The notes: a model not told the origin generated them from the letters alone. A stretch of DNA of 64,000 bases from an uncultured Gemmatimonadales bacterium (GCA_963739455.1 CAVUAK010000002.1:1-64000), one strand, 5' to 3'. Positions 12,880 to 23,211 are shown, numbered from the stretch's first letter. Made by a program: numbers and translations.

Positions 12880-13922
12880 TCGGGGGCCGGCGGGGCGATA
12901 CCCACAGGTTCCTGCGCTGGCTCTGGACCAGCCGCCGGTTTGAGGCTCGGCTGGCCCGTGCGCCACTGGTCCCGGCCTCTGCCCTCTGGCGGGCTGGCAT
13001 GAAGCTCCGGGAAGCCGCCTATCGTCGCGGCTGGGCAACAACGCACGACCTGCCCCTGCCCACGGTGGCGGTCGGCAACCTCACCGTCGGTGGCTCGGGC
13101 AAGACGCCCATCGCCATCTGGATTGCGCGACACTACGCCGCGCAGGGTCTGCGGCCCGGCATCCTGCTCCGGGGCTACGGCGGCGACGAGACGATGGTGC
13201 ATCGGCGCTCGGTGCCCGAGGCGATCGTCGTCGCCAATGCCGACCGGGTGGCCGGCGCCGATGCCGCGCTGGCCCAGGGTGCCCAGGTGCTGGTGCTCGA
13301 CGACGCGTACCAGCGGCTCGACGTGCGCCGGGACCTGAACCTCGCCGTCGTGGCCGCCGAGACCACCCGCGCCGTGCGATGGGCGGTGCCGGCCGGACCC
13401 TGGCGTGAGGGTGTCGATGCGCTCGATCGCGCCGACGCGCTGATCGTCACCCGGAAGCGCGCGACCCTCGAGGCGGCGGAGTTGCTCGCGGCCGAGCTGT
13501 CGTCGCGCATCGAGGGGCCGGTGGCGATCGCGCACCTCGGGCTGCGCCACCTGGAGGGGCTCGTCTCCGGCCGGCGCACCCCCGCGAGCGAACTGGCCGG
13601 TCGTCGCGTGGTGGCGGCTGCCGGCATCGCCGATCCCGATGCCTTCGTGGCGCAGGTGAAGTCCATCGGGGCGCAGGTGCAGGTGGCCACGTGGAAGGAT
13701 CATCACGATTATCGCGACGAGGACGTCGCGTGGCTGGCACATGCGGCGCGCCGGGCCGATCACGTCGTCATGACCGAGAAGGATGCCGTCAAGCTGCGCG
13801 ATCGCTGGCCCGCCAGCGTGCCGGAGCCGCTCGTCGCGGTGCTTGGATTGGAGTGGGAGCGTGCCGGCGACGCATCGTCGCCGCACTCGATGCCGTCGTC
13901 AGTCAGTGTGGATCGCCTTTAA
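12876..13922 (+). CDS. lpxK: Tetraacyldisaccharide 4'-kinase
   Basis: 'VGNLTVGGSGKTP', 'LDDAYQ', 'GPWRE', 'DHHDY', 'TEKDAVKL'. Confidence 0.95.
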   Translation: MIGGRRGDTHRFLRWLWTSRRFEARLARAPLVPASALWRAGMKLREAAYRRGWATTHDLPLPTVAVGNLTVGGSGKTPIAIWIARHYAAQGLRPGILLRGYGGDETMVHRRSVPEAIVVANADRVAGADAALAQGAQVLVLDDAYQRLDVRRDLNLAVVAAETTRAVRWAVPAGPWREGVDALDRADALIVTRKRATLEAAELLAAELSSRIEGPVAIAHLGLRHLEGLVSGRRTPASELAGRRVVAAAGIADPDAFVAQVKSIGAQVQVATWKDHHDYRDEDVAWLAHAARRADHVVMTEKDAVKLRDRWPASVPEPLVAVLGLEWERAGDASSPHSMPSSVSVDRL

Positions 13923-13955
13923 CCCAGGCCGTGCGCTGCGGCGCCGGAGATTTCA

Positions 13956-15263
13956 ATGACCAGCATTGCCACCCATCGCGGCCAGCCGATCATCTCCCCG
14001 GACAAGGACCGGTTCCTGTCCGAGGAGAATCCGTTCGAGGCGATGATGTCCCGCTTCGACTATGCCGCCCAGCGCCTCAGCCTCGATCCCGGCCTCTACA
14101 AGGTCCTCCGTCATCCCGAGAAGCAGATCATCGTCGCCGTGCCGGTGCATCGCGACAACGGCGAGGTCGAGGTCTACACCGGCTACCGCGTCATTCACAA
14201 TTCGTCGCGCGGTCCGGCCAAGGGCGGCATCCGCTTCGACATGAACGTGAGCCTCGACGAGGTGAAGGCGCTGGCGGCGTGGATGACGTGGAAATGTGCG
14301 GTGGTGAATATTCCGTTCGGTGGCGCCAAGGGCGGCGTCATCTGCGATCCCTCCCACATGTCGATGCCCGAGCTCGAACGCATGACCCGCCGCTACACCT
14401 CCGCCATCATCGATACCCTGGGCCCCGACTCGGACGTTCCCGCGCCCGACGTGAACACCAATGAGCGCGTCATGGCGTGGGTCATGGACACCTACTCCAT
14501 GCACAAGCGCCACACGGTCACCGCGGTCGTCACCGGCAAGCCGATCGAGATGGGTGGATCGCTGGGCCGGCGCGAGGCGACGGGACGCGGCTGCACCATC
14601 GTGACGCTCAAGGCACTGGCGCGCCTCGGCATGCCGGTGAAGGGCGCGCGCGTGGCGGTACAGGGCTTCGGCAACGTCGGCTCGATCGCGGCACAGCTGC
14701 TGGAGCAGGCGGGCTGCACCATCGTCGCCGTGAGCGACAAGACCGGCGGCATCTGGAACGCGAAGGGCCTCGACGTGAACGACGTGCTGGCCTATGTGAG
14801 GCAGAACAAGTTCCTCGCGGGTTATCCCAAGGCCGAGGGCATCACCAACGACGAGCTGCTCACGATCGATTGTGAGGTGCTGGTGCCGGCCGCGCTGGAG
14901 AACGTGATCACCAGCAAGAACGCCGCGAACATCAAGGCGAAGGTCATCTGCGAGGGCGCCAACGGGCCCACCACGGCCAACGCCGACCGGATCCTCGAGG
15001 AGAAGGGGGTCTTCGTCATCCCCGACATTCTCGCGAATGCCGGTGGCGTCACCGTGAGCTACTTCGAGTGGGTACAGGACCGCGGCGGCTACTTCTGGGA
15101 CGAGGAGACGGTCAACCAGCGCCTCGAGAAGATCATGGTCCGCTCCTTCGACGAGGTGGCCGGGATGTCCGACACGCACTCGCTCAACATGCGCACCGGT
15201 GCCTACATGCTGGCCATCGAGCGCGTGGCCGCCGTGCACCGGCTGCGGGGCATGTATGCTTAA
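13956..15263 (+). CDS. gdhA: Glu/Leu/Phe/Val dehydrogenase (glutamate dehydrogenase)
   Basis: 'GPAKGGIRF', 'FGGAKGG', 'DVPAPD', 'QGFGNVG', '[12 protein letters not shown]'. Confidence 0.93.
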   Translation: MTSIATHRGQPIISPDKDRFLSEENPFEAMMSRFDYAAQRLSLDPGLYKVLRHPEKQIIVAVPVHRDNGEVEVYTGYRVIHNSSRGPAKGGIRFDMNVSLDEVKALAAWMTWKCAVVNIPFGGAKGGVICDPSHMSMPELERMTRRYTSAIIDTLGPDSDVPAPDVNTNERVMAWVMDTYSMHKRHTVTAVVTGKPIEMGGSLGRREATGRGCTIVTLKALARLGMPVKGARVAVQGFGNVGSIAAQLLEQAGCTIVAVSDKTGGIWNAKGLDVNDVLAYVRQNKFLAGYPKAEGITNDELLTIDCEVLVPAALENVITSKNAANIKAKVICEGANGPTTANADRILEEKGVFVIPDILANAGGVTVSYFEWVQDRGGYFWDEETVNQRLEKIMVRSFDEVAGMSDTHSLNMRTGAYMLAIERVAAVHRLRGMYA

Positions 15264-15266
15264 CGG

Positions 15267-15726
15267 GTGAAGCTCACCCTCGCCGCTGTCGGCCGCTTGC
15301 GGCCGGAGTACCGGGCCCTCGCCGATGAATACGCGGCGAGGGTCGCGCGCTTCATGGAGTTCAGCGAGGTGGAGGTGCGCGAGGCGTCGCGCGCGCCATC
15401 TCCCGCCGTGCAGCTCCGCGAGGAAGCGGCCCGCCTGCAGGAGAAGCTCACCCGCTGGTTGTCGCGTCATCGTGCTCGATCGGGCGGGGAAGGGGCTCTC
15501 CAGCGAGGCGCTCGCCCGGGAGCTCGATCGCTGGCGTGTCGCCGCCCGGCCCGTCTGCCTCGTCATCGGCGGCTCGAACGGCCTCGCCTCAGAGCTCGTG
15601 CAGTCCGCCGATCTCGCCTGGAGCCTCGGTCCGCTAACTTTGCCGCATGAACTGGCGCGGGTGGTGGTCCTGGAGCAGGTATACCGGGCATGGACGATCC
15701 TCCGCGGGGAGCCGTATCACAAGTGA
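15267..15726 (+). CDS. rlmH: 23S rRNA pseudouridine-1915 methyltransferase; apparent frameshift near 15455
   Basis: 'MKLTLAAVGR', 'IGGSNG', 'LTLPHELARVVVLEQVYRA..I..GEPYHK'. Confidence 0.92.
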
Positions 15727-15728
15727 GG

Positions 15729-15800
15729 GTCGACAGTCGTCAGTCGGCAGTCGACAGTGCCTGACAGCTGTCGACTCACTGACGACTGCAGACTGACGAC
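15729..15800. repeat. Heptamer tandem repeat forming an inverted repeat
   Basis: GTCGACA GTCGTCA GTCGGCA GTCGACA ... TGTCGAC..TGACGAC TGCAGAC TGACGAC. Confidence 0.85.
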
Positions 15801-15802
15801 TC

Positions 15803-16524
15803 ATGACTCAATGGTTCGAATCGTGGTTCAACGACGACTACCTCGCCCTCTATCCGCACCGTGACGCGGCCGAGGCCGAGCAGCTGGTGCAGCTCATCGG
15901 TCGACACACCGGGTGGACCAGTGGCTGGCGCGTGCTCGACGTAGGCTGCGGGCCCGGTCGCCATGCGGCAGCACTGGAGGCGTCAGGGGTGCGGCCGGTC
16001 GGGCTGGATCTGTCGAGCGCACTGCTGCGGCGCGCTCGCGCAGGTGACGTCGGCGCCGCTCGTGCGGGCCGACATGCGCCGCCTCCCGATCCGTGCGCGC
16101 TCGGTGGACGCCTGCTTGAGCCTCTTCACCAGCTTCGGCTACTTCGAGAGCGACGCCGAGCACGCCGAGACGCTTGCCGGCATGGCGTCGACGCTGCGGC
16201 CCGGCGGATGGTTCGTCATCGACTTCCTCAATGCGGCACAGGTGCGCTCCCGTCGTGGCGCCTGAGGCGGGGCCGCTCGTGCCGGGGGAGCGGGGAAGCC
16301 ACCTGCGCAAATATCTTTCGCCCGACCAGCGGTTCGTGATCAAGGAGATTCATCTGGCGGATGGCCGGCAGTTCAGCGAGCGCGTGCGACTGTATCACGC
16401 GGCCGAGCTCGAGGCGATGCTTGCGGCGGCGGGTATCGCCGTCGAGCATCGGTTCGGCGACTATCAGGGCGCCCGATGTATCGACGGGGCGCCCCGCGCG
16501 CTGCTGATGGGACGCGCCGCATGA
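15803..16524 (+). CDS. Class I SAM-dependent methyltransferase (candidate bacillithiol N-methyltransferase); apparent frameshifts near 16040 and 16260
   Basis: 'VLDVGCGPGRH', 'DMRRLP', 'LFTSFGYF', 'LRPGGWFVIDFLN', 'ERVRLY'; ATGA overlap with bshC. Confidence 0.85.
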
Positions 16525-18050
16525 CGTTCCAGCTGGTCACCACGCCGCTGCGCCCCACGGTGCCGATGCCATCGCCGCGCACCGGTGGCGTGGATCCACG
16601 ACTGCTCGACTCGGCGGTCCGTCCGGTGGGCCAGCCCGATCCGCGTCAGCGCCTGCTCGAGCCCAATGCCCTGGTCGTCACCACCGGCCAGCAGCCCGGC
16701 CTCTTCACCGGTCCGCTCTACACCATCTACAAGGCAATCTCGGTCGCCGCACTGGCGCGCCGCCTCGAGGCCGAGTGGCAGCGGCCGGTCGTGCCGGTCT
16801 TCTGGCTCGCCACCGACGATCACGATTTTGCCGAGGCCAATCGCGCGGCGTGGCCCGCACCCGATGGCACGATTCGCCACGTCACCCTGCGGGAGCGCGC
16901 CGCCGATGCCGTCATGGCGCCGATGTACCGCGAACTGCTCGGCGCCGACATCCTCACGGCGCTCGCGACACTGAAGGCCGACCTGCCGGCGGACGGCTTT
17001 GCCGATGAGACCATGGCCTGGCTGGAACGGCACTATCGCCCGGAATACAGCGTGGGTGGCGCGTATGCCGGTGCCCTCGCCGAGCTGGTGGCACCGCTCG
17101 GTGTGGTGTGCATGGATGCTGGCTGCTGTTCACTCAAGCAGCTTGCCGCACCCGTCATGATGCGGGCCCTGGCGCAGGCCGCGGAGATCGAGGCACCCCT
17201 CGTCCCGCTGGCCGCACAACTGGCGAAAGAGGGAGATGATCCCGGCGTCGCAGTGGGCGATGGCGCCACGCTCGTCTTTCTCGATGGCGCGCAGGGACGC
17301 GATCGGCTCGTGCGCGCCGGGAATGACTTCCGCACCCGGCGCGGTGGCGAGACGTACACCACCGCGGACCTCGCCGCGATTGCGGCGGCGGAGCCGGAGC
17401 GTCTTTCCCCCAACGTGCTTCTCCGTCCAGTGGTCGAGAGCGCGGTGCTGCCGACGGTGGCCTACGTCGCGGGTCCCGGGGAGCTGCGCTACCTGGCACT
17501 CACGCAGCCGGTGTATGCCGCGCTCCATGTGGATCGGCAGCTGCCGGTGCCGCGCTGGTCCGGGCTCGTGGTCGAGCCGAAGGTTGAGCGCGTCATGACC
17601 AAGTTCAGCCTGGCGGTCGACGACCTGCTCGGCCCCGATGGCGTGGTCGAGAGCCGGATCGCGCGGTCGCAACTGCCCGAGAGCGTAACCTCCACTGTGG
17701 CGCGGCTTCGTGAGGCGCTGGAGGCGGAGTACGGCAGCCTGGCGGCTGCGGCGGTGAGCATCGACCCGACGCTCGAGAAGACGGTGCAGGGAGCCCGCGG
17801 CAACGCGGTGCGTGGCGTCGAGGAAATCGAGAAGAAGCTCGTGCAGCACCTGAAGAAGCGGAGCGAGACGGAACTGGGGCAGGTGGCGCGCGCGCGGAAC
17901 CTTGTGCGCCCCGACGGCAAGCCCCAGGAACGGGTCTTCACGGTGGCGCCCTTCCTTGCCCGCAACGGTCGCGCATTCCTCGACGCAGTCCTGGCTGAGG
18001 CCGAAGCCTGGTATGCCGGCGCCCTTGAAGGGGCCGGGACCCGCTCCTAG
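16521..18050 (+). CDS. bshC: Bacillithiol cysteine-adding enzyme BshC
   Basis: 'TTGQQPGLFTGPLYTIYK', 'FWLATDDHDFAE', 'SPNVLLRP', 'YVAGPGELRY', 'PQER'. Confidence 0.92.
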   Translation: MTFQLVTTPLRPTVPMPSPRTGGVDPRLLDSAVRPVGQPDPRQRLLEPNALVVTTGQQPGLFTGPLYTIYKAISVAALARRLEAEWQRPVVPVFWLATDDHDFAEANRAAWPAPDGTIRHVTLRERAADAVMAPMYRELLGADILTALATLKADLPADGFADETMAWLERHYRPEYSVGGAYAGALAELVAPLGVVCMDAGCCSLKQLAAPVMMRALAQAAEIEAPLVPLAAQLAKEGDDPGVAVGDGATLVFLDGAQGRDRLVRAGNDFRTRRGGETYTTADLAAIAAAEPERLSPNVLLRPVVESAVLPTVAYVAGPGELRYLALTQPVYAALHVDRQLPVPRWSGLVVEPKVERVMTKFSLAVDDLLGPDGVVESRIARSQLPESVTSTVARLREALEAEYGSLAAAAVSIDPTLEKTVQGARGNAVRGVEEIEKKLVQHLKKRSETELGQVARARNLVRPDGKPQERVFTVAPFLARNGRAFLDAVLAEAEAWYAGALEGAGTRS

Positions 18051-18061
18051 GTTCGAGACCA

Positions 18062-18340
18062 ATGTCCATCTTTGCCATCCTGCTTCTCGTCGCACTGATG
18101 ATTCCCATCATGGGCATCGTCTTTGACTCGCCCATCGGGCGGGCGCTGGCGCGTCGCCTGGAGGGACCATCGCAGGAGCCGGTTGGGGTGGCCGAGCTGG
18201 CGAAGAAGGTGGACCTGCTCGAGAGCGATGTGGACGATCTCTCCCGGGCGGTGCAGGAGCTCAAGGAGGAGAATCAGTTCCTCCAGCGACTCATCGAGGA
18301 CGCTCCGCCCCGCACCCTTCCACCGCCGCCCAGCGCCTGA
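18062..18340 (+). CDS. Small membrane-anchored coiled-coil hypothetical protein
   Basis: N-terminal TM helix, 'SPIGRALARR', heptad repeat; fills the gap between bshC and murJ. Confidence 0.75.
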   Translation: MSIFAILLLVALMIPIMGIVFDSPIGRALARRLEGPSQEPVGVAELAKKVDLLESDVDDLSRAVQELKEENQFLQRLIEDAPPRTLPPPPSA

Positions 18341-18363
18341 CCGTCAACTCCCCAGTCAAGCCG

Positions 18364-19938
18364 GTGCCGCGACGCGGCTCAGCGCTCATGGTGGCGCTGG
18401 GCATCCTGGCCAGCCGCGTCGTTGGGCTCGTTCGCCTGCGGTTCCTGGGCCACTATCTCGGCGTGGGTGACGCCGCCGACGCCTTCGCCGCCGCCTTTCG
18501 CATCCCGAACCTCCTGCAGAACCTCTTCGGCGAGGGCGCCCTCTCCGCCTCGTTCATTCCGGTGTATGCGCGACTGCTTGGCGCCGGCAACGAAGCTGAG
18601 GCACGCCGGGTCGCCCGCGCGGTCGGTGCGCTGCTCGCACTCATGGTCGGCGCACTGGTGCTGCTCGGCGTTATCGCGACACCGTTCCTCATCGACCTCA
18701 TCGCCCCCGGCTTCGAGGGTGCCAAGCGTGAGCTGACCATCAGGCTGGTCCGGATTTTCTTCCCGGGGGCAGGCCTGTTCGTCATGTCGGCCTGGTGCCT
18801 GGGAATCCTGAACAGCCACGGAAAGTTTTTCCTCTCGTACGCCGCGCCGGTCGTCTGGAACGTGTCGATCATCGCCGCACTCGTCTGGTGGGGCGGTCGG
18901 GTGGGAGAGGTGGACCTCGTCGTCGCCGCCGCCTGGGGCTCGGTGGTAGGTGCGGCGCTGCAGGTGCTGGTGCAGTTGCCGACGGTGTGGAAGATGCTGC
19001 AGGGCATACCCGGGGCGATGCGCGGCACGGCGGCACAGGTGCGCATCGTGGTGCGCAATTTCCTGCCGGCATTCCTGAGCCGTGGCGTGGTGCAGATCAG
19101 TGCTTATGTCGACACCCTCATCGCCACTCTCCTCCCGAGCGGGGCCGTGGCGGCGCTGAGCTACGCCCAGAATCTCTATGTGCTGCCGGTAAGCCTCTTC
19201 GGCATGTCGGTGTCGGCCGCCGAGCTCCCGCGAATGTCCGGTCACTCCGGTGCGTCCACCGACCAGGATGAGCGCAATACGCACCTCCGTGCGCGACTCG
19301 AGGCCGGCCTTCGACAGATCTCTTTCTTCGTCATTCCCACCTGCGGCATCTTCCTCGCCCTCGGGCAGGTGGTCGCGGCAGCGTTGTTCGAGACCGGCCG
19401 TTTCAACCGGGCCGACAGCTTCTACGTCTGGCGAATCCTCGCCGGTGCTGGCATCGGGCTCCTCCCCGGTACACTCGGACGGCTGTACTCATCCACCTTC
19501 TATGCCATCCAGGACACCCGCACGCCGATGCGATTCGCGATCCTTCGCGTCCTCACCGGCATCGCCCTGGGCTTCCTCCTCGCCGTGTACCTCCCGCGGG
19601 TGTATGGCATCGAGGCCGAGTGGGGCGCACCGGGCCTGGCGCTCGCCGGGAGCCTCGCCGGCTGGCTCGAGTTCCTGCTGCTGCGTCGGTCGCTTTCAAG
19701 GGTTGTCGGTCGCACTGTCAGCGATCCGGCACTGCTCGCCCGTCTCTGGGGCGCGGCGGCGGTCGCGGCACTGGGTGGATGGGCCCTGCTTAAGCTGGTC
19801 CATAACCAGCCGCCGGTACTGGTGTTCGTGCTCGTCATGGCGTGCTACGGCGCTATCTACGTTGGGATCACCCACATGTTTGGGATCCACGAGGCGCGTG
19901 CGTTTGTGGCCAGGTTAAGGCGGAGTAAGGGCGGGTAG
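18364..19938 (+). CDS. murJ: Lipid II flippase MurJ
   Basis: 'SRVVGLVR', 'ADAFAAAFRIPNLLQNLFGEGALSASFIPVY', 'FYAIQDTRTP'; multi-TM. Confidence 0.95.
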   Translation: MPRRGSALMVALGILASRVVGLVRLRFLGHYLGVGDAADAFAAAFRIPNLLQNLFGEGALSASFIPVYARLLGAGNEAEARRVARAVGALLALMVGALVLLGVIATPFLIDLIAPGFEGAKRELTIRLVRIFFPGAGLFVMSAWCLGILNSHGKFFLSYAAPVVWNVSIIAALVWWGGRVGEVDLVVAAAWGSVVGAALQVLVQLPTVWKMLQGIPGAMRGTAAQVRIVVRNFLPAFLSRGVVQISAYVDTLIATLLPSGAVAALSYAQNLYVLPVSLFGMSVSAAELPRMSGHSGASTDQDERNTHLRARLEAGLRQISFFVIPTCGIFLALGQVVAAALFETGRFNRADSFYVWRILAGAGIGLLPGTLGRLYSSTFYAIQDTRTPMRFAILRVLTGIALGFLLAVYLPRVYGIEAEWGAPGLALAGSLAGWLEFLLLRRSLSRVVGRTVSDPALLARLWGAAAVAALGGWALLKLVHNQPPVLVFVLVMACYGAIYVGITHMFGIHEARAFVARLRRSKGG

Positions 19939-19971
19939 GGCGGGGAAGGCGGGGAAGGCGGGGAAGGCGGG
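19930..19971 (+). repeat. 9-bp tandem repeat (GGCGGGGAA)n
   Basis: GGCGGGTAG GGCGGGGAA GGCGGGGAA GGCGGGGAA GGCGGG. Confidence 0.9.
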
Positions 19972-20086
19972 TCGAAAGCTAGGTTCTGCGCGTCGAATGG
20001 GGATGGCTCCAGAGGCACCGTTGCCCGGCAGCGTTCGCGATCGACCGTGGCCTCCAGGATCGAAGGGTTGAAGCGCCGGCACGTGT

Positions 20087-20224
20087 GCCGCGGAGCCACC
20101 CCAGAGACGCGCCAGATACGTCCGTCGCGGAGCCCCCCCAGAGACGCACCAGATACTTCTATCGCCGCGGAGCCACCCCAGAGACGCGCCGCCTTACCTG
20201 AACCCGTCGCCCCAGAGACGCGCC
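20087..20224 (+). repeat. Four spaced direct repeats upstream of uvrC
   Basis: Core CCCCAGAGACGC(G/A)CC at 20099, 20136, 20176, 20210; first three preceded by CGCGGAGCC. Confidence 0.85.
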
Positions 20225-20247
20225 GCAGCCTCGATTAACTTTCCCCC

Positions 20248-22056
20248 ATGACCCTGATGGACCCCCTCCAGCGCAAGCTCGAGACCCTCCCCGACGGACC
20301 CGGCGTCTATCTCTGGAAGGATGCACAGGGCCAGGTCCTCTACGTCGGCAAGGCCAAGCGCCTCAGTTCCCGCGTGCGCAGCTATTTCTCCAGCGACCCG
20401 ATCCTCCACCCCAAGGATGTCCTCCTTCGTCGCCTGATCGCCGACGTCGAGACCGTCGTGACCGCCACCGAGGCCCAGTCACTCATTCTCGAGAACAACC
20501 TCATCAAGGAGTACCGCCCCCGCTTCAACGTCGCGCTCAAGGACGACAAGAGCTATCCGTCCATCGCTGTCACCACCGGTGAGCCGTTTCCCCGCGTCCT
20601 CGTCACCCGCCGCCGCGACCTCACCGGCGCCCGCTACTTCGGCCCATTCACCGACGTCTCCCAGCTCCGCCGTGCGCTCGCCATCGTCCGCCGCATCTAC
20701 ACCGTCCGCAGCTGCGCCGACGACATTCCCCGCGAGCGCCGCGAGCGACCCTGTCTCGACTACCACATCGGCCGCTGCAAGGCACCCTGCGTCGGCTGGC
20801 AGACCGAGGCCGACTACCGCGCGATGATCGACGACGTTCTCGCCTTCCTCGATGGCCGCACCCAGGACATCCGGCTGCGCGTCCGGGAGCTCATGGCCGA
20901 GGCCGCCAACCGGGAGGACTTCGAGCGGGCACGCGAGCACCGCGATGCGTTGCGCTGGCTGGAGAAGCTCGAGGAGACCTCATCGGTCGAGATCGTCGGG
21001 AGTGGCGACGCCGATGTCCTCGGCTTTGCCCATGACGGTGACGACGCCGTGGCCGTCCTCCTCCGCGTCCGAGACGGCAAGGTGGTGGGCAGGGAACACC
21101 GCTTCCTCGAGAACGTGGAAGGCGAGGAGGACGCGGCGATCCTCAATGCGTTCATTGTGCGCTACTACATCCCCACCGATGCTCGCGCCCTGCGCGTGGC
21201 ACTGCCGTTCCCGCCTGCCGAGCTCGACCTGCTGAACGAACTCGAGCCCGGCACCGAGTGGCTCGTGCCCCAGCGCGGCATCATGCATCGCTGGCTCATC
21301 CTGGCGGAGCAGAACGCGCGGCACCTCCTGGAGAGCCTCCGCATCGAGTCGTTCGAGACCGAGGAACGCGCCGAGGATCCGGTCTACGCCCTGGGCCGCG
21401 ACCTCGGCTTGCAGCGCGTGCCCCGGAGCCTCATCTGCGTTGATATCTCGCACAACTCCGGCCGCGACACGGTCGGGTCGCTGGTCTGGTTCGAGGGTGG
21501 CCGGCCGAAGAAGAGTGAGTACCGGAAGTTCCGCATCGCCGGTCTCGGCCTGCAGGATGACTTCGCCGCGATCCACGAGGTGGTGACGCGCTATCTCACC
21601 CGCCGCCGCGACGAGGCGCTGCCGCTCCCCGATCTCATCGTCATCGACGGTGGCAAGGGACAGCTCGGCGCAGCACTCGACGCCGCCCGCGCCCTCGACA
21701 TGGGCGAGGTCACCTTCGTGAGCCTCGCCAAGAAGGAGGAAGAGGTCTTCATTCCCGGGCGCGCCGAGAGCCTGCGCCTCCCGCGACGCAGCCCGTCACT
21801 GCGGCTGCTGCAGCGCGCGCGCGACGAGGCGCACCGGTTTGGCGTCGCCTACAGCCGCAAGCGGCGCTCTGAGCGCACCATCACGTCGGAGTTGCTCAAC
21901 ATCCGCGGCATCGGCGCCAAGCGCCGCCGCCAGCTCCTCGAGCGCTTCGGCAGCCTCGCCGGCGTGCGCTCCGCCACCGTCTCCGAACTCGCGAGCGTGG
22001 AGGGCGTCTCCATCCGCCTCGCCGAACGCATCCTCGAGCACCTGCAGGGCAGCTGA
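20248..22056 (+). CDS. uvrC: Excinuclease ABC subunit C
   Basis: GIY-YIG 'PGVYLW..LYVGKAK', 'YFGPF', 'DISH', 'IDGGKGQL', 'RDEAHRF', HhH tail. Confidence 0.97.
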   Translation: MTLMDPLQRKLETLPDGPGVYLWKDAQGQVLYVGKAKRLSSRVRSYFSSDPILHPKDVLLRRLIADVETVVTATEAQSLILENNLIKEYRPRFNVALKDDKSYPSIAVTTGEPFPRVLVTRRRDLTGARYFGPFTDVSQLRRALAIVRRIYTVRSCADDIPRERRERPCLDYHIGRCKAPCVGWQTEADYRAMIDDVLAFLDGRTQDIRLRVRELMAEAANREDFERAREHRDALRWLEKLEETSSVEIVGSGDADVLGFAHDGDDAVAVLLRVRDGKVVGREHRFLENVEGEEDAAILNAFIVRYYIPTDARALRVALPFPPAELDLLNELEPGTEWLVPQRGIMHRWLILAEQNARHLLESLRIESFETEERAEDPVYALGRDLGLQRVPRSLICVDISHNSGRDTVGSLVWFEGGRPKKSEYRKFRIAGLGLQDDFAAIHEVVTRYLTRRRDEALPLPDLIVIDGGKGQLGAALDAARALDMGEVTFVSLAKKEEEVFIPGRAESLRLPRRSPSLRLLQRARDEAHRFGVAYSRKRRSERTITSELLNIRGIGAKRRRQLLERFGSLAGVRSATVSELASVEGVSIRLAERILEHLQGS

Positions 22057-22057
22057 C

Positions 22058-23211
22058 ATGAACCTCGACTGGATCCTCGCCTGTTCGGCGTGCGCCAACA
22101 CGCGCGCCCCCGACGGACTTGCCCACCGTCTGCGATCTCTGCGGACAGCCCTGGCTGGTGCGCTACCAGCGCCCCGCGCCCACCGTCACCGCCCGCGCCG
22201 AGGTGCGTCGCGGTCACGGCATGTGGCGCTTTCGACCCTTCATGCCGCTCGCGGATGGCGAGCAGCCCATCACGCTCGGCGAGGGAGACACGCCGCTGCT
22301 GCACCTGCGTCGGAGCGGCGACGGCGCTGGGCCTGCGCAATCTCTGGCTCAAGGACGAGGGCACCAACCCCACCGGCTCGTTCAAGGCACGCGGATTGAG
22401 CGCCGCCGTCACGCGCGCCGTGGCGGCGGGCGCCACTCGCTTCGTCATCCCCACCGCCGGAAACGCTGGCGTGGCTCTCGCCGCCTATGCCAGCCGCGCC
22501 GGGGTGCAGGCACGGATCTTCGCACCGCGCACCACGCCCGCCGTCATTCTGGAGCAGGTGCGCGTCTTTGGCGGGGAACTCGAGCTCGTCGATGGGCACA
22601 TCGGGGATGCGGGCAAGCTGGCCGCGGCGTGGGGCGCGGCGAGGGTGCGTACAACGTCTCCACCCTCCGCGAGCCCTATCGCATCGAGGGCAAGAAGACG
22701 CTCGCGTTCGAGCTCGCGGTGCAGCTCGGCTGGAGCATGCCCGATGCGATCATCTACCCCACCGGCGGTGGCACCGGGCTCATCGGCATGTGGAAGGCGT
22801 TCACCGAGTTGATCGAGGCCGGTTGGGTGCAGGGTACGCCGCCGCGGTTCTACTCCGTGCAGTCCGATGGTTGCGCCCCGGTGGTGCGCGCCTTCGATGC
22901 CGGCGCCGACCGGTGCGAGCCGTGGGTTGATCCCCGCACCGTGGCCGCAGGGCTCCGGGTGCCGGCCCCGCTCGGCGACCGCCTCATGCTGAAGGCGCTG
23001 CGCGAGAGCGGCGGTGGGGCGATCGCCGTCTCCGACAGCTGAGTTGACCGAGGCGGCCCGGGTGGCGTCGGCCGGCGAGGGAATCGACGTCTCGCCTGAG
23101 GGCGGTGCCGCATTCGCCGCGGTGAGACACCTCCGTGAAAAGGGGACACTTGGCCCCGATGATCGGGTTGTGATCTTCAACACAGGTGCCGGATGGCTAT
23201 ATCGGGCTTGA
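22058..23211 (+). CDS. thrC: Threonine synthase-like PLP enzyme; several apparent frameshifts
   Basis: 'TLGEGDTPL', 'NPTGSFKARG', 'PTAGNAG', 'EPYRIEGKKT', 'PTGGGTG', 'FNTGAG' across frames. Confidence 0.85.

Noticed and set aside
20087..20224. CRISPR array
   Set aside because: Unit period is only 34-40 bp, linkers are short and partly shared, and no cas genes are in the window.
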